DNA of 64,000 nucleotides from Takakia lepidozioides (Eukaryota; Plantae; Bryophyta): NCBI GenBank assembly GCA_030704615.1, contig CM060732.1, positions 2,604,001 through 2,668,000 on the forward strand. Reading direction: 5' to 3'. The translations under genes and the position numbers were made by a program. Shown here piece after piece: positions 48,676 to 61,650 of the stretch (positions within the stretch are counted from its first letter, which is position 1; each line of letters opens with the position of its first letter). The notes below the pieces were generated by a model that was not told where the DNA came from, did no database searches, and saw nothing but the letters and a program-made list of their open reading frames with translations.

Positions 48676-50501
48676 CTACCACGTACCCGGATAGTGGGTG
48701 GGTGGTGAACCAGTAAGTAGGAAATAGATATCGAGGCATTCTTGGAAAAGTAGAGAACAAGTCATACAGTGGGATAACAATTTTATGGAATTTAACAAGG
48801 TACTGTGAAATGGAGCGATGGCACCTGGGAGGGCAGTAGTTATATGGCCATTGTGCGTGTAATGATTGTGTGTCATGATGGTAGCTCTCCACATACATGC
48901 TGAGATAAAGAGATTGTAGGTCCATGAGTAGCTTGCATGTCCAAGTTGTCTCACGTTCTTGGGCTGGAGCAGATTGTTCTGAGAGCTTATAACATGCAGG
49001 GTAGGGGCGTCGTTGTCTGCTTCCTTCTGTTGCGATCTGCATTGTTCATGTTTCAGCTCAGCCAATTCAACCTCCAGAAGATCAACTTTTTCTCCAGCCT
49101 CTTCCAGTTGTGATTGGTGCATGGTCAATAGTCCTTCGAGCTCTAAAAATCTGTCATTCGATACATTTGTATTGCCCTTATGATGAGTTGCCCTCTCCCC
49201 TGCGGCCTTGGCACTCTTTCTGAGTCCTTTCATCCCATGTAAGGTTTGTAGTTCCTGTTCCAGCTCAGCCACTTTGGCTTCCAACGGGCCAATTTTCTCT
49301 GTACAATTCTTTTGATGTACTGCCAATAGACTCTCGAGCTCCACAGATCTGTCACTCATGTCATTTGCAGTGGTAATGGCAGCATGGGCAGCGTTGCCTT
49401 TTTCCAAGATTTCTTGAGAAGCACACCTAGGGGACATGTACCATAAATAAGCAGGCCGGTGCAGTCATGAGTGCCACCATCGCAATCTTTAATCATGGTC
49501 ACATCAAGATCAGCTTGCACAGCAGGAATGTCTTTGTTGAGCATGTAAGATCTTTGGGGAGAACCCTTGTACATCTCATAATGCGTGGAGGAGTCGAACA
49601 CCATGAACTGAAAATCATGTTGTCATTTGCAATGGGGAGTCTGGAAAGAATCAACAGCAGGTTGCTGCGCCTGTGAACATATATCGGGTCAAGCTGGGGG
49701 CTGGCTGAGGCTAGTTAGGGGAGTCGGGTCCTTCATGCAACATTGCCGCCACAAGCATTGTGACAAAGCGTTTTAACGGTGAAGTCCAGCTGTGTAACTT
49801 CAAACGAGACACCAAACTGAAGAAGTCCAAAAGGAGCAGCAAATACGTCATCGTGCTAAGGGCGGAGAGGTGCACCAACATCACCGGCTCAAAGAAATCT
49901 GCACCGAATTGGGGTGAGAAATCGCCAAAATCGGCGGCCAGACCAAGGTCGGGGGAGCCTTTCATTTTGACCGCAAGTAAAATCACATAGCATGTATGAA
50001 CGAAAAACCACCAGGCATGGCAAACATGCATGTTTAGCATGCAAAGAGAGCCAAGGGCGGAAGCCCAGTGAGTGTCGAAGTCATGGTATGAGAAAGCATG
50101 TGTGTCCTCGTATTGCGTGGCTATTGAGGAGAGCGGAAGAATCCAACGGCGCTTCCGCGCAGAGCTCAAGTTGGAGTAGGTCGCATCCTGGAACAGAGAG
50201 GGGGGTGGAAGAACTTCCACCCGCGCATCGTGTCGTCAATATAAGCAACGGGCTGAGTATCTGTGCTCCGCAAGGAGCACCAATTGATGTCGATGTTGGC
50301 CCCGAACTTCTTGAAAGAGGAGTTGGAACGTAAAAACCCCTCTGAAAGCAACAGTAAAAAGCTTAAAAGAAGCACCTTGATATACTTGTAAGTCATGGTG
50401 GCAGGCCTTGGGAGAGAACGAAGACACCCCCTCGCAGCCGCATGAGAGACGGGGGCAGAAGCCATGGCGGCGACCCTGGCTAAATGTAGAGGACCTGGCA
50501 A
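48676..50501 (-). other. Possible degenerate multi-exon gene with a coiled-coil segment; identity unknown
   Basis: ORF 48676..49437 has a duplicated heptad block (ELESLLAVHQ...LEAKVAELEQE / ELEGLLTMHQ...LEVELAELKHE); further same-strand ORFs 49356..49604 and 50166..50501. Confidence 0.3.
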
Positions 50502-50671
50502 AGTAGCGGAGCCACTAAAGAGAAGAGGAAAGCACTAAGATATGAAAATAAATAGCGGAACCCTAAAGAATAGTCATGGTTACGGTGTTTGGCGACGATA
50601 ATGGAAAAGAGGGTGGAGCTCCGCCCTTCGGGCTTAAGTCATAGTTAAAGCTTTAGAATCTAATAGAAGGC

Positions 50672-51301
50672 ATGGCAGCAAGAAAGCAGGTGCATGCTTA
50701 CATTATCCAAAGTGGATTCAAGCCGAATGTTTTTCTACACAACACCATTGTCAACATGTATGTAAAATGCGGGAGCATCGTGGATCCGCTCCAAGTGTTC
50801 AACACAAACCCCTTCACAGCTGATGAGCAGAACTCACAGGTCATATCCCTTCAGTATGCACTATCCGAGTCCAATACAGGTGGAGTGGATTCAGCCACTG
50901 CGTTCCTATACTCCAACGTGTTTGATGCTATTTTGGATGTTGTCTACACTGCCATAGCTGCACTCAATCACTCAGATGTCACAGTTGTTGTCAGTGAAAT
51001 TGGGTGGCCAACACAAGGGGATACTAATGAGGTTGGAATGTCAAATTCAAATGCCCAAACCTACAACATCAACCTCATCAAGCATGTGCTTAACAAGACT
51101 GGGACTCCTGCCAGACCTGGCATTGGGATTGATACATGTCTTTATGAAATTTTCAATGAGGATAAGGATGGCGGCCCCACCTCGCAGCGGAACTATGGTG
51201 TCTTCATTGCCGATCTGTCTGCAGCTTATGCACTTGACCTAACTGGAATTGTCAGATTTAGGCATCAATTCAACAACCAACAGAATTTGGTGTGTTGCTG
51301 A
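50672..51301 (+). pseudogene. Chimeric ORF: PLS-class PPR fragment fused to the C-terminal half of a GH17 beta-1,3-glucanase
   Basis: KQVHAYIIQSGFKPNVFLHNTIVNMYVKCGSI (PPR), then ISLQYAL...YSNVFDAILD...VVVSEIGWPTQGD...GTPARPG...IFNED...SQRNYGVF (GH17); an out-of-frame WCVA (X8 start) follows. Confidence 0.85.
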
Positions 51302-51674
51302 AGATCGAATGCCAAGGTCTACCACCTCATAACCCACATCGCCTCCGCTTCTAACAACCAAGAGCTCCACGGTGCTCCTTGCATAACAACCTGGTTTCTC
51401 TCATTCTGAAGCAAAAACCACAAGTGCTACAACTAACTCGTATCTGGCACTCACAGATACAAGCTCATCTTTCTCGAGTGATAAAGAAGAAGAATACAAG
51501 CACAAGCTCATGCGAGCTCACAAAGCTGAAGCATAAACTCATGCATATATAACCTCATCACTCAAATACAAGTCAAGCCAAGTGCACCCCACGCCATGGG
51601 GAATCCACACTACGGCGCCATAGCTAGGCGCGGTGAGGCTCAACTCGAGAAAGATGAGCCTCCCGCGCTTGCTA

Positions 51675-52535
51675 TTGTGCGGCAACATGACGGGACCTCG
51701 AGGTGCTGTCCGAATGTTTCTGTCGGATCTCCATGAATCCTCTTCGCACCCGGGTTCCTCTTCAATCCTCCGCCTGACAGGGCGAGTCCGGACGTCCCCC
51801 TCTAGGTGTTCACCTCTGCGGTGCAGAGGCGTCCCTTTGATCTTCTCTCGCAATGTTGTCGCCCATTTCACTGGATTCTTGGACCTCGAAGCTGTTCGTA
51901 CCAACAATTCCTCCCTGTCCGGCCCAAAGCCCCATTGTTTGCCGCTCAGGAACTTGTAGTACGTGGCTTGCTGCATGATTGCTCTGTCGATGTCCTCCGT
52001 TGTGGCCGTCACTACGTCCACCAGATGTGCGGCAGAAGACGCTCGCCAGGAGGAGTGGACCGATTCTGCCATATTCGTGTTCGGCATGTCCGTGTCGGAA
52101 TCCAAGCACCGCTCCTAGAATGACACAAACAATGGTGAGGGACCAATCGAAATGTCCGTAACAGAAAGACAAATGAACGAAATTGACAGCAGCCTACCTC
52201 CCGCATGTACTGTCCGAACTGTCGATACCGAAAATGCCACCACCCCAACCAGCTGTGCAATGCTCCCAGATTGGTTGTCTCCACTGCACCTGACGTGTTC
52301 CACCAAGCCTCGATGATAGCAAACTTAACCTCCGCGTCATCAAATGTGGGTGCATCCTTCCACGCCGTACAAAGGACACGGTGTTCAGCCTGGAATGAGC
52401 TAGCAACAAATTTGGTAGTGTAGTGGGATAGACTCTGCATCCAATGGAATCCACAGGATCTCTCTTTCCCCTCCATTGGAACATTGGGGTCCTCACCGTA
52501 CACACGCCGCACCGCTGCCCAGTTGGCCTGAGCGT
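51675..52535 (-). pseudogene. Internal fragment of MULE-A transposase (AQANWAAV...CGFH...TNMAES...PVMLPHN)
   Basis: Near-identical reverse complement of about 28942-29800, including the intron. Confidence 0.9.
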
Positions 52536-53242
52536 AGGAGGTCGAGATGGCGGAATTGAAAATGCGGTGCCGCATTTCCATATTGGGGATGGTCGTTGTT
52601 CGAACTGCAGGCCCATCAGCAAAAATTGGCACCGCATTCCATTGTAAAAAAAAAGTCGATGACGGACATGGAAATGCGGTGCCGCATTTCCAGAACGGAC
52701 ATCGCAATTTGTCCATTTGCAGACCCTCTCACGGAAATGCGGTAACGCATTCCATCGCGATGGTCGGAAATGTCACACTTTTCGAAGTGTTGGACGGAAA
52801 TGCGGCACCGCATTCCCTTGTCCAAAAAGAAGTTTCCATTGCCAAACTGGAAATGCGTCGCCGAATTTGCAATGCCAACCTCGTTGTCTGTCCAATTTAT
52901 AGACCCGTGTTGGTATTTCGTGTACCTGGACGGAAATGATGCACCGCATTTCCTTGTCCCACATGGAAATGCGGTGCCGCATTTCAATGTCCGACATGGC
53001 GTTACTCTGGTATATTCTTGACATATGACTCACATACCGGTTACTCTGCTATATTCATCCGGACAGACACATTGTAGAAATGAGACATCAAATTGTAAAC
53101 AGTGGGCCAATTCCGACAGTTATTCAACACAATGAAACACAATCATACAGAAGTGAGGTACGATGGGTTTATTGATCGGACACGATGTCTCACATTTACC
53201 AACTGCAGACAAAACTAAGCCCTTCCTCCTTCTACATGGGCT

Positions 53243-54089
53243 TCACCAAGTCGACGGAACTTCGATACCCCTCAAAACAAGCTCATCACTGCTGCGGCAC
53301 CTCGAGGTAAACTGCAATTCGGTCGTTCTGCTGCCCTTGCTGGAGCCGACGACAATGTCATGTCCATCAATGATACCACCATCATACATTGACAAGGTCA
53401 CTGTGGGCCTCATGTGCCCGTGCGATTCGTCTTCGCAACTCAGCCGAATGTCTCCATACACTGGAAGAGCGGAGTGATCTGCACGTATATAGTTTTCCCC
53501 GGTGCCGTCCTCCCTGGTCCACTGGCAGCAGTTCCAGCGCCAAAGCGAGGCCGTGCGTGATCTGTCCGGCATCCCTTTCCAGCTTGGTATATCGAGGTCA
53601 ACAATTTTCAGGACCCACGGACCGCATTGACCCTCGCCCTCACCTCGCTCAAAGCGGTAATAGCCCTCCAGATACTCCATTGCGCGCAAAGACTCTTGCT
53701 TGATTCCAGCAGCGTCTGTGAAAACAGAGAGCCAGACAATGATGTCTCCTGATTCTGGTTTGAACATAGCATAATCGTGGCCATGATAAGGGCAGTCGGC
53801 TGGATTTCGGCGGCACGGCATCCTTGAAAAAGAGTAGCGGAGTACGCTAAATGACAGCAGCTCCCGGATTGGAGGAGGAGCAGCGCGGTGGCTGGAAAAA
53901 GTTCAAGCTAACGCTGCAATTCCTCACAAACACTCCAGGGCACATTTAAATTTCCCCCCTACAGGATCCTGGACCGATGAAGATTGGCTGCTTCATGAAT
54001 GTAGCCGTTTCAGTTTCCTACCCTGCCATGCAAACTATGGGCACTCACTGCCAGGTGGGCCGATAGCCACTGGACACGACGAAGTCCAT
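53243..54089 (-). pseudogene. Cargo gene Y
   Basis: ORF 53243..53821 (192 aa) plus a frameshifted 5' part from the ATG at 54089. Confidence 0.72.
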
Positions 54090-54132
54090 CCCCTCTTCGA
54101 TGTAAATGCGGCGCCGAATTTCCATCCGGGGG

Positions 54133-54921
54133 ATGGACTTCGGTGACAGATCTCAAACTATAACTTGTTGATGAGAAAGATGTATGGGTTCATCCACCGC
54201 CGGCGTGATGAACGGGTACGTGGGACCCAGATGCTCCATTATTGGAGGCCGGACTGCTCTTCCGCTTCGCATCATTTCCAAAATCTAAGGGCTTCGTAGC
54301 TGTCCGCAAGGTCATTGTCATCTGCATCCAAGTCGTCCTCAGGTCCTCCTTTGCAAGGATGCCGTGCTTCCGGAACCGGACGACTGCCCATTTGGAGGCA
54401 TCGATTATGCAATGTATTCGGCCACATCGGGAGACATTGTTATCTGGTACACAGATTACAGAGAAGATACTGGTTCGATTGTGGAAACATTGGTGGCTTT
54501 TGAGTATATCCTAGGCCACTACGCCTTCGAGCGGGGTGACGATCTTGGTCTGAGGAGTCCGTGGCTCCTGCGCATCCTCGATTCCGATTTTCCCAGCTAC
54601 GACGGTCACCCATGCAGAAGAAGGCGCACTGCTATGCTGTTGCGGTGGAACTGTGACACTGGACGTGGGTGGACTCCATCGGAGAGACCTATTCTCTCCT
54701 CAAGGAGTGCGCTCCTCTTCTCCATTGTATGGGGACATTCGCATTGGTGTGGACGACGAAAACGTGAAGATTTCCATATTCGATGGTGGTATGATTGAAG
54801 GCAGGACATTGTGGTGAACATCACTAGGGGCGATACAACGGCTGCAATCGACTTTACATGGAGGAGCCCCATGACTCATGAGCTAGTTCTGAGAGCAGTC
54901 GAAGTCCCATTGACAACGTGA
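54133..54921 (+). pseudogene. Cargo gene Y' (full span, frameshifted; start uncertain)
   Basis: DDCPFGGIDYAMYSATSGDIVIWY...FERGDDLGLRSPWLLRILD...LRWNCD...ELVLRAVEVPLTT* aligns with Y across its C-terminal region. Confidence 0.72.
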
Positions 54922-55439
54922 CTTGTATTCAGTAGGCACAGGGCTAAAGATTTGATTGCACAATCAGCACAGTAGACGTGCTTCAAATGCAATTCATGTG
55001 GATCAATAAAAACCTCATTGTGCCCTCTTTTTATTCTATTATGTGTCCATCATTCCCAGAATGCGTCATGCTCATTTCGTTTGGGATTGGGGAGTGTGGT
55101 GGATTTTGCAAGTGGCTGGTAGGTGCTGAATGGGCCCCCATTGTACAGAGCAGTACCCTACCATTCGCGAAACATTGCCTTTCAATATATAATTAAATAA
55201 CATTGCCGAACCTCCTTCATCGGGAGGTCCTTCTCCCCTATGACCGTGGCACCCTAAACCCTATTCCCGCGAACACTCATTTCCAAAAATAGTGCTCATG
55301 TTTTTTTCCACACTTACGACTCTGCTCATGGCTCATGCCGCTCATGGCTCATGGCTCATGAAATAGCAGCCCCCCCGCATTACATGATCTGGAACGTCCA
55401 AAAACGGCAAGGTCAAATTAAAAACTATTATTTTAATAC

Positions 55440-55581
55440 TTGTTTAATCTGCCGCATTTCCAAATTTGGAGGAGTCCGCTCATGAAATCCGCGTATCTTA
55501 GACTTCGGCTCACCGCTCATGCGGCTCATGCGGCTCATGGCTCATGGCTCATGGTTTCTGCTCATGAAATAGTAAACCTCC
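55440..55581. mobile_element. Isolated right-type MULE TIR end (GCTCATG repeats followed by GCTCATGAAATAGTAAACCTCC)
   Basis: Matches the right end of element B at 41215-41262; preceded by the A-type half site CCGCATTTCC. Confidence 0.7.
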
Positions 55582-58500
55582 GGGGCGAGTGCATACCACA
55601 CTCACTCCATGAGGAGCTGCCATACCGGGGGATGGTTGGTGGGTTCCCTCTCTCTCCCTCTCTCTCCCTCCCCTGGATCTGGCTGGTTCTTTTAAACCCG
55701 ATGGTTTAAACCCATAGATATGTTAATTAATCCCTAATTAACTTCCTTGATATTTCGTCCATACTGGATGATCTGTTGATGATGAAGTCATCAGATGGTG
55801 GATTTACCTTTAACAGAATTCAGCCATACCGGCTGATTTCTTACTTTACGGATGACGTCCGAATCTGGTTAATTTCGGTTAATTACCCTACTTGGATCTT
55901 TGGTTTATAAGGTCATGAGGTTTCTATCCTAATGAATGCCAAATGATTTTCATCCCTATCTAGATGTCATCCCTGGCGGATGACACAGGGATGAAAAATT
56001 GGGATTTTATCAACCGTTTGTTGATGGAGCTCATCCCGTGCGGATGAAATCGCGGGGAAATAGCTTCATCTCCTCCCTGCCCTAATTTTCAGCACGACAA
56101 TCGTGCTTAAGGTTTGCTGGAACTGAGGGATGGTGGCGGAGTGCGCATTGAGCCCGATTCAGGGCCTTTGATTACTATGGTGTTGCGTAATTAAGGTCTG
56201 CAGGGTTTCTGGCAAGATTCCAGTACTTTCTTCCTCTCTTGGGGTGCGCAATGGCGGCAGTGCCTTCAATTCCCTGTGGCGGTTGTCTCTCATGTTGGCG
56301 GGCAATCTACTCAGCTTGTGATCGTTTGTTGTGCCCTTCATTGATCATTAAGATACAGCGGCGCATCTTAAGACCTCAGGGAAGTGCATGAACCTGTTAA
56401 AATGCTTGGGCAATCCACTCTTTTTGTGTTTTGTTGTTTGTTGGTCTGGGGAGCCATTTTGCAGGCTTCTCTTCCGCAAACCATCAAGGTGTGATGGCTG
56501 TTTATGCTCTGATTTCTTTCTACTCCTGCTTTGGAATGCATGTTGTACAGCGATAACAAGCGTGAGACCTGTGATTCACCTGGGTTCCACAATCCTTACT
56601 AACCTGTCGGTTTTTGTGGGGACTTGTGATGGGACCAGGTGAGGGTCCTCACTTAATATGATTCTTTGAGCTTGAAGTTGAATGAAATCGAGCTACTGAT
56701 GCGACGCCGCAACTTCTGTATCTTTGGGGAGAAGACCTCTTTCTGCCTCTTTGCATTGATCTTTGGCCTTTGTTCTTAACCTTCTATGGTGGACAACGAT
56801 TCATTAGGATATTTCTCTCTTGTTCCCTGTGGCCTTCTGTGTGACACCGGAGCAATTATATGACGAGCTGGCTGTTTTAAGATATCTAGTACCAAGCAGC
56901 AAAGTGGGTGTTTTTTGACCAAACAATGTCCTTTATTGTAAACCTCGGAAAGCCTGGATTTTGTTACGAGCAGGCTGTTTTAGGACATTTGGTGCCATGC
57001 AAAATTGTAGGGTGGCTCTTCTTCGACCAGATAATGTCTTTGGTTACAAGCCCCTGGATGCTTGGCTTTTTTAATGGACAATGTCATGGTGGTAAGCACT
57101 TGCTGGCTGTTAAGAAGTTGATTCAGGCCCTGTGTTCATGTTGCCTTAGGATAAATATGCCGTGGCAGCTTACTAGCCTGTTGGAATGAACAATTCAGAC
57201 CCCGTGATACTACTCTATGATGGTAAACTGATTAGAAAAATATCTGCAATTTTAATATGGTGTTTGTGTTACCAAAACAGACTGGAATTCGTTTTCCAGC
57301 GTGCAATGTAGACATTGTAGCAATCTGAATACTTGCTTGCTATTCAACACCTTGTTAACGCATTTATACACTAGCCCAAACCTAAACCAGGTCGTGGGAC
57401 AAAAACAAGGTATCTTGTTATACCCTGTGTGTAATCTGCTTAGAAAATGTTTGCAGCTCTGATATGGTGAAGGTGTTAAACAAACAAAGCTGGAACTTCT
57501 TTTCCAGGCTTTCAATGTAATCGAGGGTGGCAATTTTGGCAAGCTGAACACTTATTCTTGCTATGCACAGTTGTAAATATTCCATATGAAACATACCCAA
57601 CATGTAACACTGTTTTGGGTCCCTGTTTTGCTGAATATAAAGCTGATTTATATAGGGGGGGTTCTTTATGTAATCCCACACCCCCCCCCCCCCCCCCCCC
57701 CCCCACCCATTCATTTCATTTACTTTGAAATCAGATGTATGCCTTTTAAGACTGGTTTTTGAATGAAGGATGATTGATAATGCCTTGTTATGAGGCTGAT
57801 TTGTCGTTAATTGACAAAGACCTTGTTTGGTCTTGTCCATGTCCCGACAAGACATAGTATCTTCCCTCTCTTTTAGACCAGTGTACTTAGTGGTGTCTGT
57901 ACACATTATCAATCACTCTCCCTTCTTTTTCAGATCTGTATATGGCATACTAACACCTTTTTATGGCCATAAGAGATGGTGATCTAGCACATTCTTGAGT
58001 GGAGTGACACTTGATGAACTAAACACTGTTGGTTTTTGGCAGATGGTCAAAGCCATGGGATATCAGCCACCTCTTCCGCCTGAACATGGTGGGGAGCAAG
58101 AAACTCCTTCCCAAGGTATCATCTTCTCCAACAAAAAATATATTGGATGATTGGGCATGGAAAATAAGGCATCCTTGATGATACCTAAGATAAACATTGA
58201 GCATCTAAAGGACATCTGAACGCTGGCACTTTGAGCTAGGCCCAGGTAAGACAACGTGTTGGAGTATGTGTGTACACCTTATACATGATCCGGTCAATGC
58301 ACATTGCTCTCGTTTGCTGGTCTCCTGTAGCCAATGCCTTATGTCAGAGTTAGATACCTTATGATAAGAATGACTTCCATGCCTTGGCTCAAATGCTTCT
58401 ATGTCTCTCTTGTTATGGCTTTGCTCTTTATAGCACCATAAAAAATACCCAATTCTATTTTATTGCTGAAAGATGTTTTGTTTGAATCATAGGCAGTAGT

Positions 58501-59176
58501 ACATTACTGCCAATGACTGAAGAACAAATATTCATACCTCTTGGGAAAACTGGTTCTATAACCAGATTCTTGGCTGATAAACAATAAAGGGGCTGATAAA
58601 CACTAAGGGGCTGATAAATGTTTATTTCCTGTTTGTTGCTTCCTGACTTTGGGAGTTGAGGATTCTTTCATTGGCCTCTTCTTTCCATTACCAGAGCTTA
58701 TGTGTGAGCTAAAAGATAAAAGTTAAAAGTCTACATTTTTGATGTAAGTGTTGATGTACCTTCGCTTGTCACAACTTGTTTTGTTTTTTGACCTTGGAGA
58801 ATTGAGATTGTAGGCTTTTTATTTATTTCTATGGTTCCTTTGTAACCAGAAATAAAAACTACAAAGAAGAGGGAGGTCCTTTATGTGATGGGGTCTGGTA
58901 TGCACTCCCTTACGGGGCGAGTGCATACCACACTCACTCCATGAGGAGCTGCCATACCGGGGGATGGTTTAAACCCATAGATATGTTAATTAATCCCTAA
59001 TTAACTTCCTTGATATTTCGTCCATACTGGATGATCTGTTGATGATGAAGTCATCAGATGGTGGATTTACCTTTAACAGAATTCAGCCATACCGGCTGAT
59101 TTTTTACTTTTCGGTTAATTACCCTACTTGGATCTTTGGTTTATAAGGTCATGAGGTTTCTATCCTAATGAATGCC
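55582..59176. repeat. Unit H, about 1.1 tandem units, containing the empty gypsy insertion site (about 56485-56500)
   Basis: 55582-55940 recurs with deletions at 58914-59176; both flanks of the gypsy LTRs are contiguous here. Confidence 0.82.
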
Positions 59177-59231
59177 GGGGGCTGCTATTTCATGAGCCAT
59201 GAGCCATGAGCGGCATGAGTGTGGAAAAAAA
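59177..59231. mobile_element. Left MULE TIR joined directly to the middle of the ParB-MTase gene
   Basis: GGGGGCTGCTATTTCATGAGCCATGAGCCATGAGCGGCATGAG. Confidence 0.75.
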
Positions 59232-61650
59232 CCTGATGTGTAAACTCCACGCTCCTTCTTGCTGTCTGTAGCTCTCTGGCAAAAAGGTTGTCCTTGTACG
59301 CACATCTGAAACGTGTCACGTAGTCTTCCAATGTCTGTGTTCCATCCCATTTGACGTACAAGCCGAGCAAATTTGTGTGCATTACGACTTGCTCCTTCGC
59401 ATTCGACATTACTTGCGATTCCCAAATGCATTGTCACGTAGCAGTTCAGGGAATTCATTTTAGAAAAGCAAATCTGGGGAAGTACCTTGAATTACCTGGA
59501 ACCACCAAGTCATACGGTTGAGCCACACATCCACTGCAGGGTCGGAAACTTCCAGTGGAAAAGACCACATTGTCCTTATGCTCTCGGATGCATTCCAGAT
59601 CGACAGCCACCGTGTCTGCCATTTCCGATCCAATGTCAGGAGCTGGAAGAGAGTGGCTATTGCTAGGAAGGAACTTCAGTGCATTGAAACCTCACCTTCT
59701 CTTTCGCCTCCACACATGCCGTTGAGAGGTGATGCAGTTTCTCCAATTGCATGGTCGGCTGCATGGCCCGAGAATAGTGTTTTGCAATCTCGGGGATGAA
59801 GTCCTTTCCAAGTGCCGGATCTGCAATTGCCACCAGCTTCACAAGCTTTGACTTGTATTTGGTTCTGGACTTGACACCGGCTTCCTTCAAGTGCTCAGTC
59901 AATGACTGCAACGTTTTGACCTGCCCCTCACTTTCCATGAAGAAGCGTTTGGCATGGGCCAAATCCAGCTTGATGTTTGACTGCCAACAAAAACATGCAG
60001 AAGCGTTACATTCGATTCATGTGGAAAGATTACTGGAAATTGGGGAAGGATGAGCAGAGGGAAATTGGAGGACGACTTACTTCGTATATCACCTCCACCA
60101 TTCCATCCATAGTGAGACGATACCATGTCCGGTCTGTTTTGCAACGGCTTTCTGAATGAGCTCGGGCTCCAGCATTTCCGCAAACATCTGCGGATCAGTG
60201 AGACCAGTTTTCCTCACCCTGTACAGCATATGTGCCATGTGGGTATGCACGTACGCATTCTCAGTGACCCTGCAAGGCACACTCTCCAGTTCAGTACACG
60301 GAAGCACGGAAACAAACCAGAATGGAAACCGAAATGCGGCACCGCATTTCGAACGTGCTAGGGAGGGTATGAGTATCTTACGAGTTGAGGTCCGCCATGG
60401 CATTCTTGAGCAGGGAGGAGTCTGCCGCCTTCACCTTGAGGATGACACACTCCACCATGTAATGCCAGCCAATGTGCTTGGCATGGTTCTGCTTGATGTA
60501 CTCCCACCAGGCGAGAAGTCGGTGATTCCCGTCCCACACAAAGAACATTTTACCGACATATGGCCGAAGTCTGGATCACCCTTCAGCGTCGCCTCGAATT
60601 CGTCGTTGCGAGTGTGCCAGTGGGTATCCCACGTTGACAATTCATCGGCAGTGGGTCCACGAGTTTCGCCGTCCTCATTCTCAATGGAAACGTAAAACGC
60701 TGCCGATCCCAGACGGTACCCTTCTCGAAATGCGAACTTGAGCTTATCCACATCTCCGGGAAGGGCCTGCCTGACGATGGGAAGGGACCATGCGACAGAG
60801 TGGGATTCGAAGAGTCCGCTGGAATACCCTGCTGCCCAGAACTCTGCCAATGCTACTGTGTGTCTCCTCCCAACATTTTATCCGCTGCACTTTTGAAATC
60901 CTCCGGAGACATGTCTGTAGGTGCCGGTAGTGGCTGAGCAGCTGGAGCATCCTCAACTGGAGCTGCACTCTGGGGCCTGTGTGCGGGCAATTCTGCCATT
61001 GCAGAGGCCTCCTCCGGGCCTGCTTGCTCATCGGTGGTGAGGTTGCTGCGAACGTTCAGCGGCAGCACCTCCTCCGGTACCAAATCGACAACGGTCGATC
61101 CCATTGCCTTCGCTGCAGCAGAGTCGGCCCCAACATCTGCAGGCGGGAAATCCTCCAGGAACTGAGCTTCAGCTCGTGGAAGCGGTTTTGCGGGAGATTG
61201 TTCGCCGTCGCCCTGATTGCCTTCTGCTTCCTCATCCTTGCAGGTGAAGGTGTCTGCTGCAATTGAATCTGTCTTCTACCCTGCTGCTTCATTCGCGTTG
61301 GGGGGGTGAATCGGCCTGAGCCGGTTCAGAAGCCAGTAGAGGGACGGGCTGCTTCTTTCGACTTTGCTGGAGAAGGGCCCGACCCCTGCTGGCGATTCTC
61401 CATGACCGAAGAACGCGAGTCGATCTCTGGGGCTTTGAACTTGCCCTTCGAAGACGCGTCTTTGAATCGCACAGGGCTAGGCCCGGCAGGAATACCCGCG
61501 CTCGGGGATCGGGTGGGTGTACGTGCTGCAGCTAGCTCCTCGGACTCTTCCTGCGGGCTCTTCGGATTCCTGCGATCCTCCAGCACGTCCACCTTTCCTG
61601 TTAGGCATGCAAACATGTTCTGCATTCAAGTCTCCTAGCATTCAGTCTAA
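59232..61650 (-). pseudogene. MULE-A ParB-MTase gene, 5' part (ParB-like domain), many indels
   Basis: Direct repeat of about 22509-24950. Confidence 0.75.

Larger units (their letters stand above)
52536..55377. mobile_element. Terminal arm of MULE-A: palindrome cluster, genes Y and Y', subterminal GCTCATG repeats and TIR
   Basis: Ends in GCTCATGAAATAGCAGCCCCC, the reverse complement of the left TIR of element B. Confidence 0.8.

Noticed and set aside
50615-50650. Helitron 3' end
   Set aside because: The hairpin is short and followed by CATAG rather than CTRR; no 5' TC end or Rep/helicase found
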